Made by a program: the position numbers and the translations under genes
Shown: positions 1-10,605 of the stretch, piece after piece
Layout: every line of letters starts with the position of its first letter
How positions within the stretch are numbered: position 1 is the stretch's first letter
Origin: Octopus sinensis
Lineage: Eukaryota
Assembly: GCF_006345805.1 (NCBI RefSeq)
Contig: NC_042998.1
Span: forward strand, 158,472,001 to 158,536,000
Length of the DNA stretch: 64,000 bases
Reading direction: 5' to 3'
The notes under the pieces: generated by a model
The model's input: only the letters and a program-made list of their open reading frames with translations
What the model was told of the DNA's origin: nothing
The model's database searches: none

Positions 1-12
1 CTGATTAAAGTA

Positions 13-56
<44 letters not shown>

Positions 57-177
57 TAATGATGACTGAAAGCTAGATTGATAAATAAGAAGTCACGAAT
101 GTTCTGTCCTGGTTTTCCTGTCCGTCTTCCGTATGTTTTTATTGTCGTCGTTACGTTCTTGTTCCGTTTTTGGTATA

Positions 178-229
<52 letters not shown>

Positions 230-554
230 ATATATATATTATAATATATATATATATATAATCATATTTTATTATCATATTTTATCGAATTCTTTTTGGA
301 CATAATTACTTTTGTGTAATTTTTTCCGCATATAATTACTACTTAGATTTTAACATTTATTTATATACGTATTTAATCTATGGGATAGATATTTTGACTA
401 TTAATAACTTTTACTTATTATGAATCTCTATAACAATAAACTACAACGGTTATATGGGCACCGGATGATAGAACCTACGGACACGTGCAATTATGAAACT
501 AACAAATTATAAGACCATGGATTGAACAAACTCTCCTCTCTTCTATCCTTCAAC

Positions 555-633
555 TGTTCTGAAGATGTCTAGCAACTGTAACGAGGTAAATATAAATTTA
601 CTCCAGCTTGATATACAGAAACAGCTGTAAACA
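555..633 (+). ncRNA. Type I hammerhead ribozyme motif, intact core
   Basis: UGUU(555-558) CUGAAGA(559-565) long stem II (566-617) GAAAC(618-622) AGCU GUA(627-629) AACA(630-633). Stem I UGUU/AACA pairs and ACAGCUGU is palindromic. Confidence 0.8.
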
Positions 634-700
634 TACGCTCGTCTTAATTAAATAACGACCAATGATCCACTTACTGTAAATTGCTCCATATCTTATCCCC

Positions 701-761
<61 letters not shown>

Positions 762-858
762 TATTATATATATATATATAGAGAGAGAGAGGAGGATAAG
801 ATATGGAGCAATTTACAGTAAGTGGATCATTGGTCGTTATTTAATTAAGACGAGCGTA

Positions 859-937
859 TGTTTACAGCTGTTTCTGTATATCAAGCTGGAGTAAATTTAT
901 ATTTACCTCGTTACAGTTGCTAGACATCTTCAGAACA
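859..937 (-). ncRNA. Type I hammerhead ribozyme motif (mirror copy in the right palindrome arm)
   Basis: Reverse complement of 555-633: tgtt tac agct gtttc ... tcttcag aaca. Confidence 0.8.
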
Positions 938-1230
938 GTTGAAGGATAGAAGAGAGGAGAGTTTGTTCAATCCATGGTCTTATAATTTGTTAATTTCATA
1001 ATTGCACGTGTCCGTAGGTTCTATCATCCGGTGCCCATATAACCGTTGTAGTTTATTGTTATAGAGATTCATAATAAGTAGAAGTTATTAATAGTCAAAA
1101 TATCTATCCCATAGATTAAATACGTATATAAATAAATGTTAAAATCTAAGTAGTAATTATATGCGGAAAAAATTACACAAAAGTAATTATGTCCAAAAAG
1201 AATTCGATAAAATATGATAATAAAATATGA

Positions 1231-1264
<34 letters not shown>

Positions 1265-2099
1265 AAAAACGGAACAAGAACGTAACGACGACAATAAAAA
1301 CATACGGAAAGACGGACAGGAAAACCAGGACAGAACATTCGTGACTTCTTATTTATCAATCTAGCTTTCAGTCATCATTACAGTTTCAGCCTGTTGCACT
1401 TGAGAAAGTTCAAAATTAGTAGGCACCAAAATCTAAGCTAAGGACATTAAATTTGGGAAAGAAAGCCAGTGAATATGTGCGACACCACGGACAAAAAAAA
1501 ACGAGAAAACGGCGAAAATATTACAAACAACAAGAATAACAACAAGCGTTTTTCGACTAAAAGGACAAGTTAAGCTGCCTTACGGCAACAAATATAGATG
1601 AAAGTCCGAAGACAGGAAAATAAGGAGTTGTGTGAGCGGTGGTGTGGCCAAGAAAAAAAGATCATGCCTGGCCTAGCACCGATCACGTGGGAGGAACAGA
1701 GAGAGGTAGAGAGTAGAGGGATTGAAGAATTAGGGAAGGAACTAGAGAGAGAGGGGGGGAGGGGACAGAAGGAAAAGTACAATGGAGATAACAGGAAAGT
1801 TGAGAGATTGAAGAAAGGGAAAGCCAAGAAATATGAGGGATGGGGAGCGAGGAAAAGAAAAATGGAAAGAGAATGCCAAGTGAGAGAGAGGGGGGAGCGA
1901 GAAAAAGAAAACAAGAAGGAAAGAAGAAAGTCGTGCAGAATTTAGATATATACTTATTTACAAGCTGAGAAAAGGTATACGTACGCCGCTATATGTATAT
2001 AAGAAAACCAGGACGGAATATTGGCGGCTTTCTATTCATCAGTCAATACATACATATATATATATATACACAGTTCAAGGTTAAATTAGCCTCTTTATT

Positions 2100-2138
<39 letters not shown>

Positions 2139-2158
2139 GCATACATACATATATATAA

Positions 2159-2293
<135 letters not shown>

Positions 2294-2391
2294 GTTAATC
2301 CAAACATGAAAACACAAGGAGAAAACAACAACGCGAGGAAGTGGAACAAATATAGTATTATTGGACGCTCAGGAAGGAAGGAAAAAGGAGG

Positions 2392-2425
2392 GTTTAACAT
2401 TCGAGAGGAGCTCTTCGTCAGAAAC
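2392..2425 (-). ncRNA. Degenerate minimal type I hammerhead motif (GUU-site type)
   Basis: Minus strand GUUU CUGACGA A GAG CUCCU CUC GAA-UGUU AAAC. Stems I and II pair; the 3' core differs from GAAACGUU by one missing A and a C>U change. Confidence 0.6.
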
Positions 2426-2556
2426 ATAGGAAAAGGAAAGATCCAAAGAAGGGAAGATGGAGGAAACAAAATCTCCAACGGTACACACGCGGTCACATTT
2501 TGGTACACACACAAACACAAACACACACAAGTATCATTGATATAATATTTTTAAAT

Positions 2557-2727
2557 GGGCGAAATGCTTAGAGGTATTTTGTCTGTCTTTACTTTCTGAG
2601 TTCAAATTCCGCCAAGGTCGACTTTGCTTTCATCCTTTCGGGGTCGATAAATTAAGTACCGGTTGCGTGCTGGGGTTGATCTAATCGACGGCCCCCTCCT
2701 ACCAAATTTCGGACCTAGTGCCTTGGC
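2557..2727 (+). mobile_element. tRNA-derived SINE, family A (octopus OR-like)
   Basis: B-box-like gagttcaaattcc followed by the shared core gtcgactttgc(c)tttcatcctttcggggtcgataaattaagtacc, present in >10 copies in the window. Confidence 0.85.
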
Positions 2728-2811
2728 AAATTGAATTTAAATCTTGAAATGAATCTAACGGTTTTTGTGTGTTTCTTAAATAGCTTATAAACACCTTCCA
2801 CGCTGCAATTG

Positions 2812-2847
<36 letters not shown>

Positions 2848-3049
2848 ATATATATATATACAATTAGAGGTTAAATTACCCTCTTAATTTCTTTTGAATA
2901 TATATATATAGCAAAAATCAAAGTGGATAACATATTTTCGTAGGTCAAGTTCCTTTATTATTGGAATAGAAAATACATAAAAACATTCATCGAGATGTTT
3001 GGTTTCAAGCACTCCAGTATTAGAATCCAAAGAAAAGCAGCATTAGAAA

Positions 3050-3133
3050 GCCATACGATCGATTCGGGGAATGTGTGTGTATTGGGCGAGTTTTCCAGCC
3101 GATACAAATAGTCATATTTCTCTCATCAGAGGT
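3050..3133 (-). ncRNA. Degenerate type I hammerhead motif
   Basis: Minus strand CCU CUGAUGA GAGAAAU...AUUCCCC GAAUC GAUC GUA UGG: GAAAC>GAAUC, palindromic GAUC loop, GUA site. Confidence 0.5.
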
Positions 3134-3165
3134 ACAAAAAAATCGATTAAAATAGTTGAAAAATT

Positions 3166-3338
3166 GAGAAAGCTTAAAAGTATTTCGTCTGTCTTTACGT
3201 TCTGAGTTGAAATTCCGCCGAGGTCGACTTTGCTCTTCATCCTCTCGGGGTCGATAAATTAAGTACCAGTTGTGTACTGGGGTCGACTGGCCTCTCCCAA
3301 AAATGTTGTGCCTTGTGCCTAGAGGTGAAAAGAATATT
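3166..3338 (+). mobile_element. SINE family A copy
   Basis: gagttgaaattccgccgaggtcgactttgc...ggggtcgataaattaagtaccag...cctagaggtgaaaag. Confidence 0.85.
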
Positions 3339-3439
3339 TAAAAACTACTAGTTCTCCGCCAGCTGGGATGTATTGTACTCTACGGCTGTAGGATCATAAC
3401 CAATTACACATACCTTACATTTATATTGCCCAGCGATTT

Positions 3440-3617
3440 AGTGGACAGGTGTAAGTCAATTACATCGATCCTGGAGCTTTAATGGTACTTATTTTATCGA
3501 CCCCTTGTGAATGAAACTCAAAGTCGACTCGGCGGAATTTGACCACAGAATGTAAAGACGAACGAAATTCCGCTATGCATTTTCCCAGCATGCCAACGAT
3601 TCTGCCAGCTGACTCCT
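3440..3617 (-). mobile_element. SINE family A copy (diverged)
   Basis: ggtacttattttatcgacccc...aaagtcgactcggcggaatttg...acgattctgccagct is the reverse complement of the family A core and head. Confidence 0.8.
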
Positions 3618-4462
3618 ATATCTTACACTTATATTAAAATTAAGAATGTAGTTATAATGTATAAAGATTTGTCAAGCGTTACAAATTGTGTAAAAACATT
3701 GCAGAATAATATTAGAGATAGATTATTACTATTTCATAGTTAAGTTTCTTTAAAGCATTCATTATCCTTTTAAAAAAGACATTTTCAATGGTTTAAATAT
3801 TATATATGCAATGGAAAGCTTAGTGAAGCGCCATAGTAATCTTTTTTAACGCATTCATTTTTGACATGAAACTAAAAATAATAGTTAAAACACTCAAGAC
3901 AGAAAAGGTTACATTTGTATAACAGAATACGTTAGTATTTTTATTTTCTTACATAACATATAAACATGTTCATCTTTTAGAATATTATCATTTTATAAGA
4001 TTTTGGTGACAATTTTTTAAATTAACGTAAATATTTATTTACATGAAAGAGTATTACCGGAAAATCTTTCTGCTAAAACTGTATTGAAACCATCTGTGAG
4101 GATTTTTTTAACACAGCAACTAGTCGCTCACCACAAGATTTAACGGATCCTACTGAAACAAGCCAGCATGCTCGCAGCATTACCGCGGGCGATGGCGACA
4201 CTAAAGCGTTCGGAAAGCCAAGCACCCTCACAAGCATCACCTGATATCTCGGTGAGGCGAGTTGCCAATGTTGACAAAAACTTCGCGGTTAATGGCCCAG
4301 TTTTCAAAGGGGGTCTATCTTGGGATTTTACCTACAGGACTTTACATAATCTCAACAGTCAAACGCCTAAGAAGAAATAAAATTTCAATAAAAATAATGT
4401 ATTTATTAGCTCTCTATAAACTTCACACAATTTCAAAATATCAACAGAACGTGCACGAATAC

Positions 4463-4508
<46 letters not shown>

Positions 4509-4610
4509 CACACACATATATAAGTGCGTCCGCGTCTAGATATATATATATATATATATGAATAAATGAAAGAATGGAGTCGAACGAAGATGTTAACAAA
4601 ATTCCTTTAC

Positions 4611-4690
4611 TCTCTACACACGTTTCGAAGACAGCATGTTTTCATTCCAAAGGAATAAAGGGTGCATTATGCAATCTTCTCATCAGGAAA
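4611..4690 (-). ncRNA. Type I hammerhead ribozyme motif, intact core
   Basis: Minus strand UUUC CUGAUGA GAAGA...UCUUC GAAAC GUGU GUA GAGA; canonical G10.1-C11.1 pair. Confidence 0.85.
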
Positions 4691-4736
4691 TCATCGAAAT
4701 TTTTGTTTGTCTTGTTGTCGAGAGAGGCTCCCTTTC

Positions 4737-4816
4737 TTTCCTGATGAGAAGATTGCATAATGCACCCTTTATTCCTTTGGAATGAAAACATACTGTCTTC
4801 GAAACATGTGTCGGGA
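4737..4816 (+). ncRNA. Type I hammerhead ribozyme motif, intact core
   Basis: UUUC CUGAUGA(4741-4747) GAAGA...UCUUC GAAAC(4801-4805) AUGU GUC(4810-4812) GGGA. Confidence 0.85.
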
Positions 4817-5019
4817 GTAAAGGAATTTTGTTAACATCTTCGTTCGACTCCATTCTTTCATTTATTCATATACAACACAAATTTCTACACATGAACCCGG
4901 AGTTTCTACCCTTGGACAGGTCGCTTCAACCGTGTTTCTGACGTGAATTTGCCACCCAGGTTTCGGTTAAACGAATTTTCCATGCTGACGATAAACATAG
5001 GATAATTCATTCACCTACT

Positions 5020-5050
<31 letters not shown>

Positions 5051-5133
5051 CTTTACATGTGTGTGTTAAATAAAATGAGACAACAAAAACAAGGCTGTGT
5101 GGAATTTTCAGGACATTTATAAAGAAAAAGTTA

Positions 5134-5181
5134 GTCTCACAGCTGTTTCTGGGATATTAGGAATATCCCTTCGTCAGAGAC
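5134..5181 (-). ncRNA. Minimal type I hammerhead motif with a GUG (probably inactivated) site
   Basis: Minus strand GUCU CUGACGA A GGGAUAUU CCU AAUAUCCC A GAAAC AGCU GUG AGAC; homologous to 60470-60517. Confidence 0.8.
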
Positions 5182-5688
5182 GATGTGAGATAGTTACATA
5201 GAGAGAAGTATAGAGTTAAATATAAGGAGTTATTTTGGAAAAGGATGGAAATAAGAAGTATATAAGGAAATAAGAGAATAAAAGTAAAAATAAAAATATA
5301 TGTAGGATGTTATAGTTGCAGTTCCATTATCCAGGAAAAGTGGTGTGTAGAAGTGGTAGAAATGCTTCTTGTCCCTGGTATGTAAATTCTGATAGGAGTT
5401 CATATTTTGTCATTACAAATGGAAAGTGTGAAAAGGGCTCACGAAGATCCGCATTAGACTCCTCACTCGCATTATTATCGAACCGAGAGTTTAACTACGG
5501 TCCTTCCATGGTACTTACATAGACTTACCTGCCACTTTGTGTCTTCTGAATGTCAATACCTCTAATATATATTTGTGTGTGTGTCCGTGTGTGTGTGTGT
5601 GTGTGTATACACGCACACATATTTGCCCATATCTTTCAGTCTCACTCCATCTCTAACGATCTCTTTCTTTCTCTCTCTCACTCGGTAA

Positions 5689-5721
<33 letters not shown>

Positions 5722-5743
5722 TGCATAGATGTATATATATTAT

Positions 5744-5778
<35 letters not shown>

Positions 5779-6659
5779 GCGTGTGTGTGTGTGTGTGTTA
5801 TGTGTAGGTATATGTTTGTACGTATGTATGCATGTATGTATGTATATATAACTTTATGAATATGAGAGAAAGTGATGTGGTGTAGAACTATTACAAGTAA
5901 ACAATTATTAAGAAATCTATAGATTTTGAACGAGAGATGTGACAAAAATGAAAATGTATACATGAACTTGCACATGGAATACATTTCTCATTAAAAGCTT
6001 TTAGAAATATTTTCCATTTAGTTAGCCATTTAACATTTAAGACATATCTATTCTACATCTTTAAATAGAAATAACTTTTTCCCTTTACCTTTCTCTCCCC
6101 TCTCTCTGTTTCATTCATATGTATATGTTGATATATTATAGTACCCTAAGTGTGTGCTTATACGATTGAGTTAGATTATATACATACATAGATATATACA
6201 CACGACTGCGTGAGTGTGTGCTTGTGTTGTGAGTAAACACGAGGAAAATAAAGAGACTAAGGAGAGAAAAGGAAAGCAGGGAGAAAGAGAGGGAATGCAT
6301 ATATGACTATATTGTATTTGGAATTGTCGAATGTTAAGTTGAATAATAAGCTGTCAAAATATTTTACTCATGATTTCATTGACGTCGATATAAACATACA
6401 CACACACAAAACATACAAACACACACACAATACATACAAACACGCACACACATTTACATGCATGCATGTGTGTGTATGGGGTGTTAAACATATGCGCTAA
6501 TAGACTCATACATATATTCATACATACACTCACATACCTATCTATTTATCTAGCTACCCATCTATCTGTATGTATGCGTGTGCGTAAGGGCTGGTATAAG
6601 TATATCTATACGACAAACTTCCAAGAAGTTTCTTTCTTCCAAATTCAATAAGAATCCAT

Positions 6660-6775
6660 TGACCCTCCGATGGCTATGATAGAAGACACTTGCTCAAAAT
6701 GCTACGCTATGGAACTGAATCCGAAGCCACCTACATGTCTTACGATGCGAAATTCTTAGCCACTCAGCTATGCAT
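6660..6775 (-). mobile_element. CORE-type SINE fragment (family B)
   Basis: atagaagacacttgctcaaaatgctacgctatggaactgaatcc is the reverse complement of the family B head/core (gggcaagtgtcttctactat). Confidence 0.6.
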
Positions 6776-6862
6776 GTTCCGTTCTCTCTCTCGCCTGTGT
6801 TTCTTTCTATGTGTGTGTACATAGACACACACAGACACACACACATCATAAAGGAGAATATA

Positions 6863-7299
6863 GAATTATTCATCTTCAGAGCTTTATTTATTTGAGTATT
6901 ATTCTCATCAAATTCCAATCCGACACGTGTTTCTCTTGGATAAGTGTCCTAGTGTTCTTTGTTGTGGCAGTTATGTGCATTTAGTTGATTTAAATACATA
7001 TTCATCGAAGGTAGACTTTTCTATGTAGCTTTGATCGAGATTTTACCCATGCGGGTAAAATGCTCACACTATTTAGAAAAGTGTTTAAGTATTTTCCAAA
7101 TAAGGATCTTATTTTACCATAGATAAAAGCGCACATAAGTTTACCTAGTCTGCAACTGATTTAAAATTAAATCAAATAAATGCACATGACTGCTATATCA
7201 TCAAAGGACACTAGGACACTTATCCAATATAAACGCGTTTCGGATTGCAGATTGATGAGAATAATGCTTTAATAAATAAATTTTGAAGATGTATAATTC
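6863..7299. repeat. Diverged inverted repeat (arms ~6863-6995 and ~7159-7299) with a central perfect hairpin
   Basis: ggataagtgtcctagtgttcttt vs aaaggacactaggacacttatcc; attattctcatcaa vs ttgatgagaataat; hairpin attttaccc-atgc-gggtaaaat at 7040-7061. Confidence 0.8.
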
Positions 7300-7549
7300 T
7301 TCATTATGATACTTTTTTATGGTACTTTGCTTATATACTTTGCATGCCGAATGAATTTCAATGAAATGAATTCATAATTTACCTATAATTGAATGCAGTG
7401 CGGTTTGATAGGTTATCTTAAATGAGTCTGTGTGTACCTTATCATTCGATATGGTTAGACAGATCTGTATCGGATCAGAGATTTAATAAGGTACCTTTCT
7501 GGACTTCAAATCCCTATTCCTTACCGTTATATATATATGTATATATATA

Positions 7550-7618
<69 letters not shown>

Positions 7619-8916
7619 TATATATATATAGTTTAGAGGGATATATTATACGGGCGGATATTATGGTAGCTCTCAGTTATCTTCCTGACTACGGTTAAGC
7701 GCATCGAATCATCAAATAGTATTTAACATTTATAACTACTAAAAGTTGTCACTTCTGTTGTAAATTCCTCCGATGGGTAATTCCGTGTCCGCTTCACTAG
7801 ATGGTACAATTCACCTGGAGTGTATATTTGCAATAATTATAATGATATAGAATATGGAGACTGGTACATCTTCAAAATTTATTTCCTTTTATTTTACAAT
7901 GCCATGCAACATATTTTTATGGTTACAACCATCTGCACGTGTTTCCACTGCACAGAAAATTATGACCGGTTGCATATGAAATTACCCATACACTGTGTCA
8001 GTTTGTGTGTACATCTACTACGAATGTGGGAAATCCTGTCCGTGGGTGTCTTTGTGGAGTTGTTAGCTAACTCCTCCTAGATCGTTTTATCAATTTTGAT
8101 TAAACTTGACACCTGAATAGATCTCATGTCTGGAAACCTCATGGCATACTCAGATTGTTGAAAAAAAATCGATAACAGGGCCCCTGGAAGGGATCCTTAT
8201 ATATATATCTAATATATTTTATTTAAAAAAACCAAGGGAAATAACCCATTCGCCCCTGGAAATGATACTTATATATAGCCAAGGAAATTAACCCATTCAT
8301 TTTCCTAAATCATTTGATGAAATTAGATTGAGTATGCTTATTTCTAACTATTTGAACTGTTAGTGCTATTTTCGCAATTTATTCAGTACAGCCTTTAAAC
8401 ACGTAAATAGTATTTTCCTAAACAATAGATTCACTTATTTCGATTAGTGACTTATAAACGAATATATCAACACTAGCTCCCCTCAACACTTTCTCTCTGG
8501 AAACGCAGAAAAGAGCTTTCAGAGTTATTTACTTTGAATTGTTATTATCTGATATCTGATTAGCTTGTTATTACGTAACATGGTTCACGATTTTAGTATA
8601 CATACCTTAGTATTTCCTCTTATGTTCTATATACTCTGGGAACGCATTAAAACCCTTATTTGAATTCTTACTATCGGGTAACTAATTTCATGTTATTACA
8701 TAACTGATTTCACAATTTGGGTATTCATAACTTATTGGGAATTCCTAAAACCAAAATCCTGTGTAAGACAGTTCAGTATTCTCTGTAAATGCACAAAAAC
8801 CGTTTTAAGGGAACATACTTTGTATTGCTGTTATTGGATTAGCGAAACAATTATGAGAACGGAACAAAGGGATAAGCCCCGTTTTCCCGCGAATTACCGG
8901 GTACGTCAGCTAGTAT

Positions 8917-8994
<78 letters not shown>

Positions 8995-9102
8995 GCACAC
9001 GCAGGTGAGCACATAAGTGCAAAACAAGGTGGAAGAAATACTACTCGAATACCAAAAGTAGAGTAATATAACTTTTTATTAAAGCTGCAAATTTATCACA
9101 GG

Positions 9103-9142
9103 ACTGTTACTTAGAGTTTCACGCTCCTGTTTATTGGACAGT
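9103..9142 (-). ncRNA. Relic hammerhead motif (5' core decayed)
   Basis: Minus strand ACUGU ccaauaa ACAGGAGCGU GAAAC UCUAA GUA ACAGU: 5-bp stem I and 3' core intact, CUGANGA not recognisable. Confidence 0.4.
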
Positions 9143-10022
9143 TGTGATGAATATTTATGTGTGTGTGTATGTGTATATGTGTGTGTATATGTATGTGTGT
9201 GTATGTGTGTGTATATGTATGAGTGTGTGTGTGTGTGTATGTGTGTGTATATGTATGAGTGTGTGTGTCTGTGTGTCTGTGCTACGCAAAGGAATAGGAA
9301 TATGAAATCTGGACAGATGCCTTATACGCACTCTCATTAAATCCAGACTTGGCTAGCACATCGAATCATAGGAAACATCTCGAATCGTTTAGAAGAAGCA
9401 ATTAAATTGTACTCTCTTCGACTAGTAAATTCTATGTTCGCTGCAATGTATATTTAATGTACAATACAGAGTATATTATGAAGACATAATGAAGAATGGA
9501 AACAAATATATAGGACTGTCAACCTTTGGATTTGTACGTGTGCTACAATTGATTTAATATAAATAGACTAATTACACCAAGCCATTATATTAAAGGTACC
9601 TAAGACACTTATTCAGCAGAAACACATATAAAAAAATGCGTTTTAATAAATAAATCTGTATCCATTCTTCGCTATAATAAATAAATAAATAAATAAATAT
9701 ATATATATATATATATATACAAAGTGAGATAGGGGTTATGAGTGTAACCCACTATGGGATATCAAAAGGCAAATACATAAATGCTTATAATTGCAATGCA
9801 ATTAATTCAGTTAATGTATTAGATGGGCGAAGGTAAAATATTTACCTCAAATTCGTAATACAAATTAGAAAATGGAGGAACATTTTCATTTCAATCATCG
9901 ACTTACAGATATTACCAATTCATATTATTTATTAACTACATAAATAGGAACATCCAAATCAAACAAAATAAAACAATATATATCAATAAGTAAGATAATA
10001 CCATAAACATAATACACATAAA

Positions 10023-10119
10023 ATTGATCTTACAACTGTTTCAGCCTGTAGATAAAGGTATCTAATTCTGCCTATATTAGTCAGATGTATCGAGGTAACA
10101 TGCAGTTAAAAATGAGTTA

Positions 10120-10181
<62 letters not shown>

Positions 10182-10200
10182 AAGGCTCGTCAGAGACAAT
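10023..10200 (-). ncRNA. Type I hammerhead motif with a (TA)n-expanded stem II loop
   Basis: Minus strand AUUGUCU CUGACGA(10193-10187) GCCUUGAGAUA...~120 nt incl. (UA)n...UAUCUACAGGC U GAAAC(10042-10038) AGUU GUA AGAUCAAU. Confidence 0.7.
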
Positions 10201-10276
10201 ATAGTACAATTATAAAAATATAAAATGTAAATATAAACATGAAACAAAATACACATACACAAGAATATATATATAT

Positions 10277-10310
<34 letters not shown>

Positions 10311-10317
10311 AGTGTAT

Positions 10318-10417
<100 letters not shown>

Positions 10418-10556
10418 TATATATATAATAATATACATACACATAAGGTTACAGATAATCAAATATATATACTGAAGTATACATCTACATCCACAGCAAT
10501 GGGTACATATACAAAGTACAAAGTTCATTACATTACCAAAACTATTAATATTATTA

Positions 10557-10605
<49 letters not shown>

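Larger units (their letters stand above)
51..1386. repeat. ~1.3 kb near-perfect fold-back palindrome (Penelope-like inverted terminal repeat arrangement)
   Basis: aaactgtaatgatgactgaaagctag (51) is mirrored by ctagctttcagtcatcattacagttt (1361-1386). Arms match throughout apart from (TA)n length and scattered single-base differences. The centre is a self-complementary (CT)n(AT)n(GA)n tract (~700-790). Confidence 0.95.
4555..4872. repeat. Inverted repeat, ~135-bp arms with a 46-bp spacer
   Basis: Arms 4555-4690 and 4737-4872 are reverse complements with a few substitutions. Confidence 0.95.

Noticed and set aside
1375-1392. Minus-strand caggct GAAAC UGUA resembling the 10023 family 3' half
   Set aside because: No CUGANGA or stem I upstream, so it is not counted as an HHR.
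1570-1945. Overlapping 114/115-aa ORFs
   Set aside because: Purine-rich low-complexity sequence with no recognisable domain.
2010-2046. Minus-strand CUGAUGA AUA GAAA
   Set aside because: No stem II possible; it is homologous to a non-ribozyme part of the palindrome arm.
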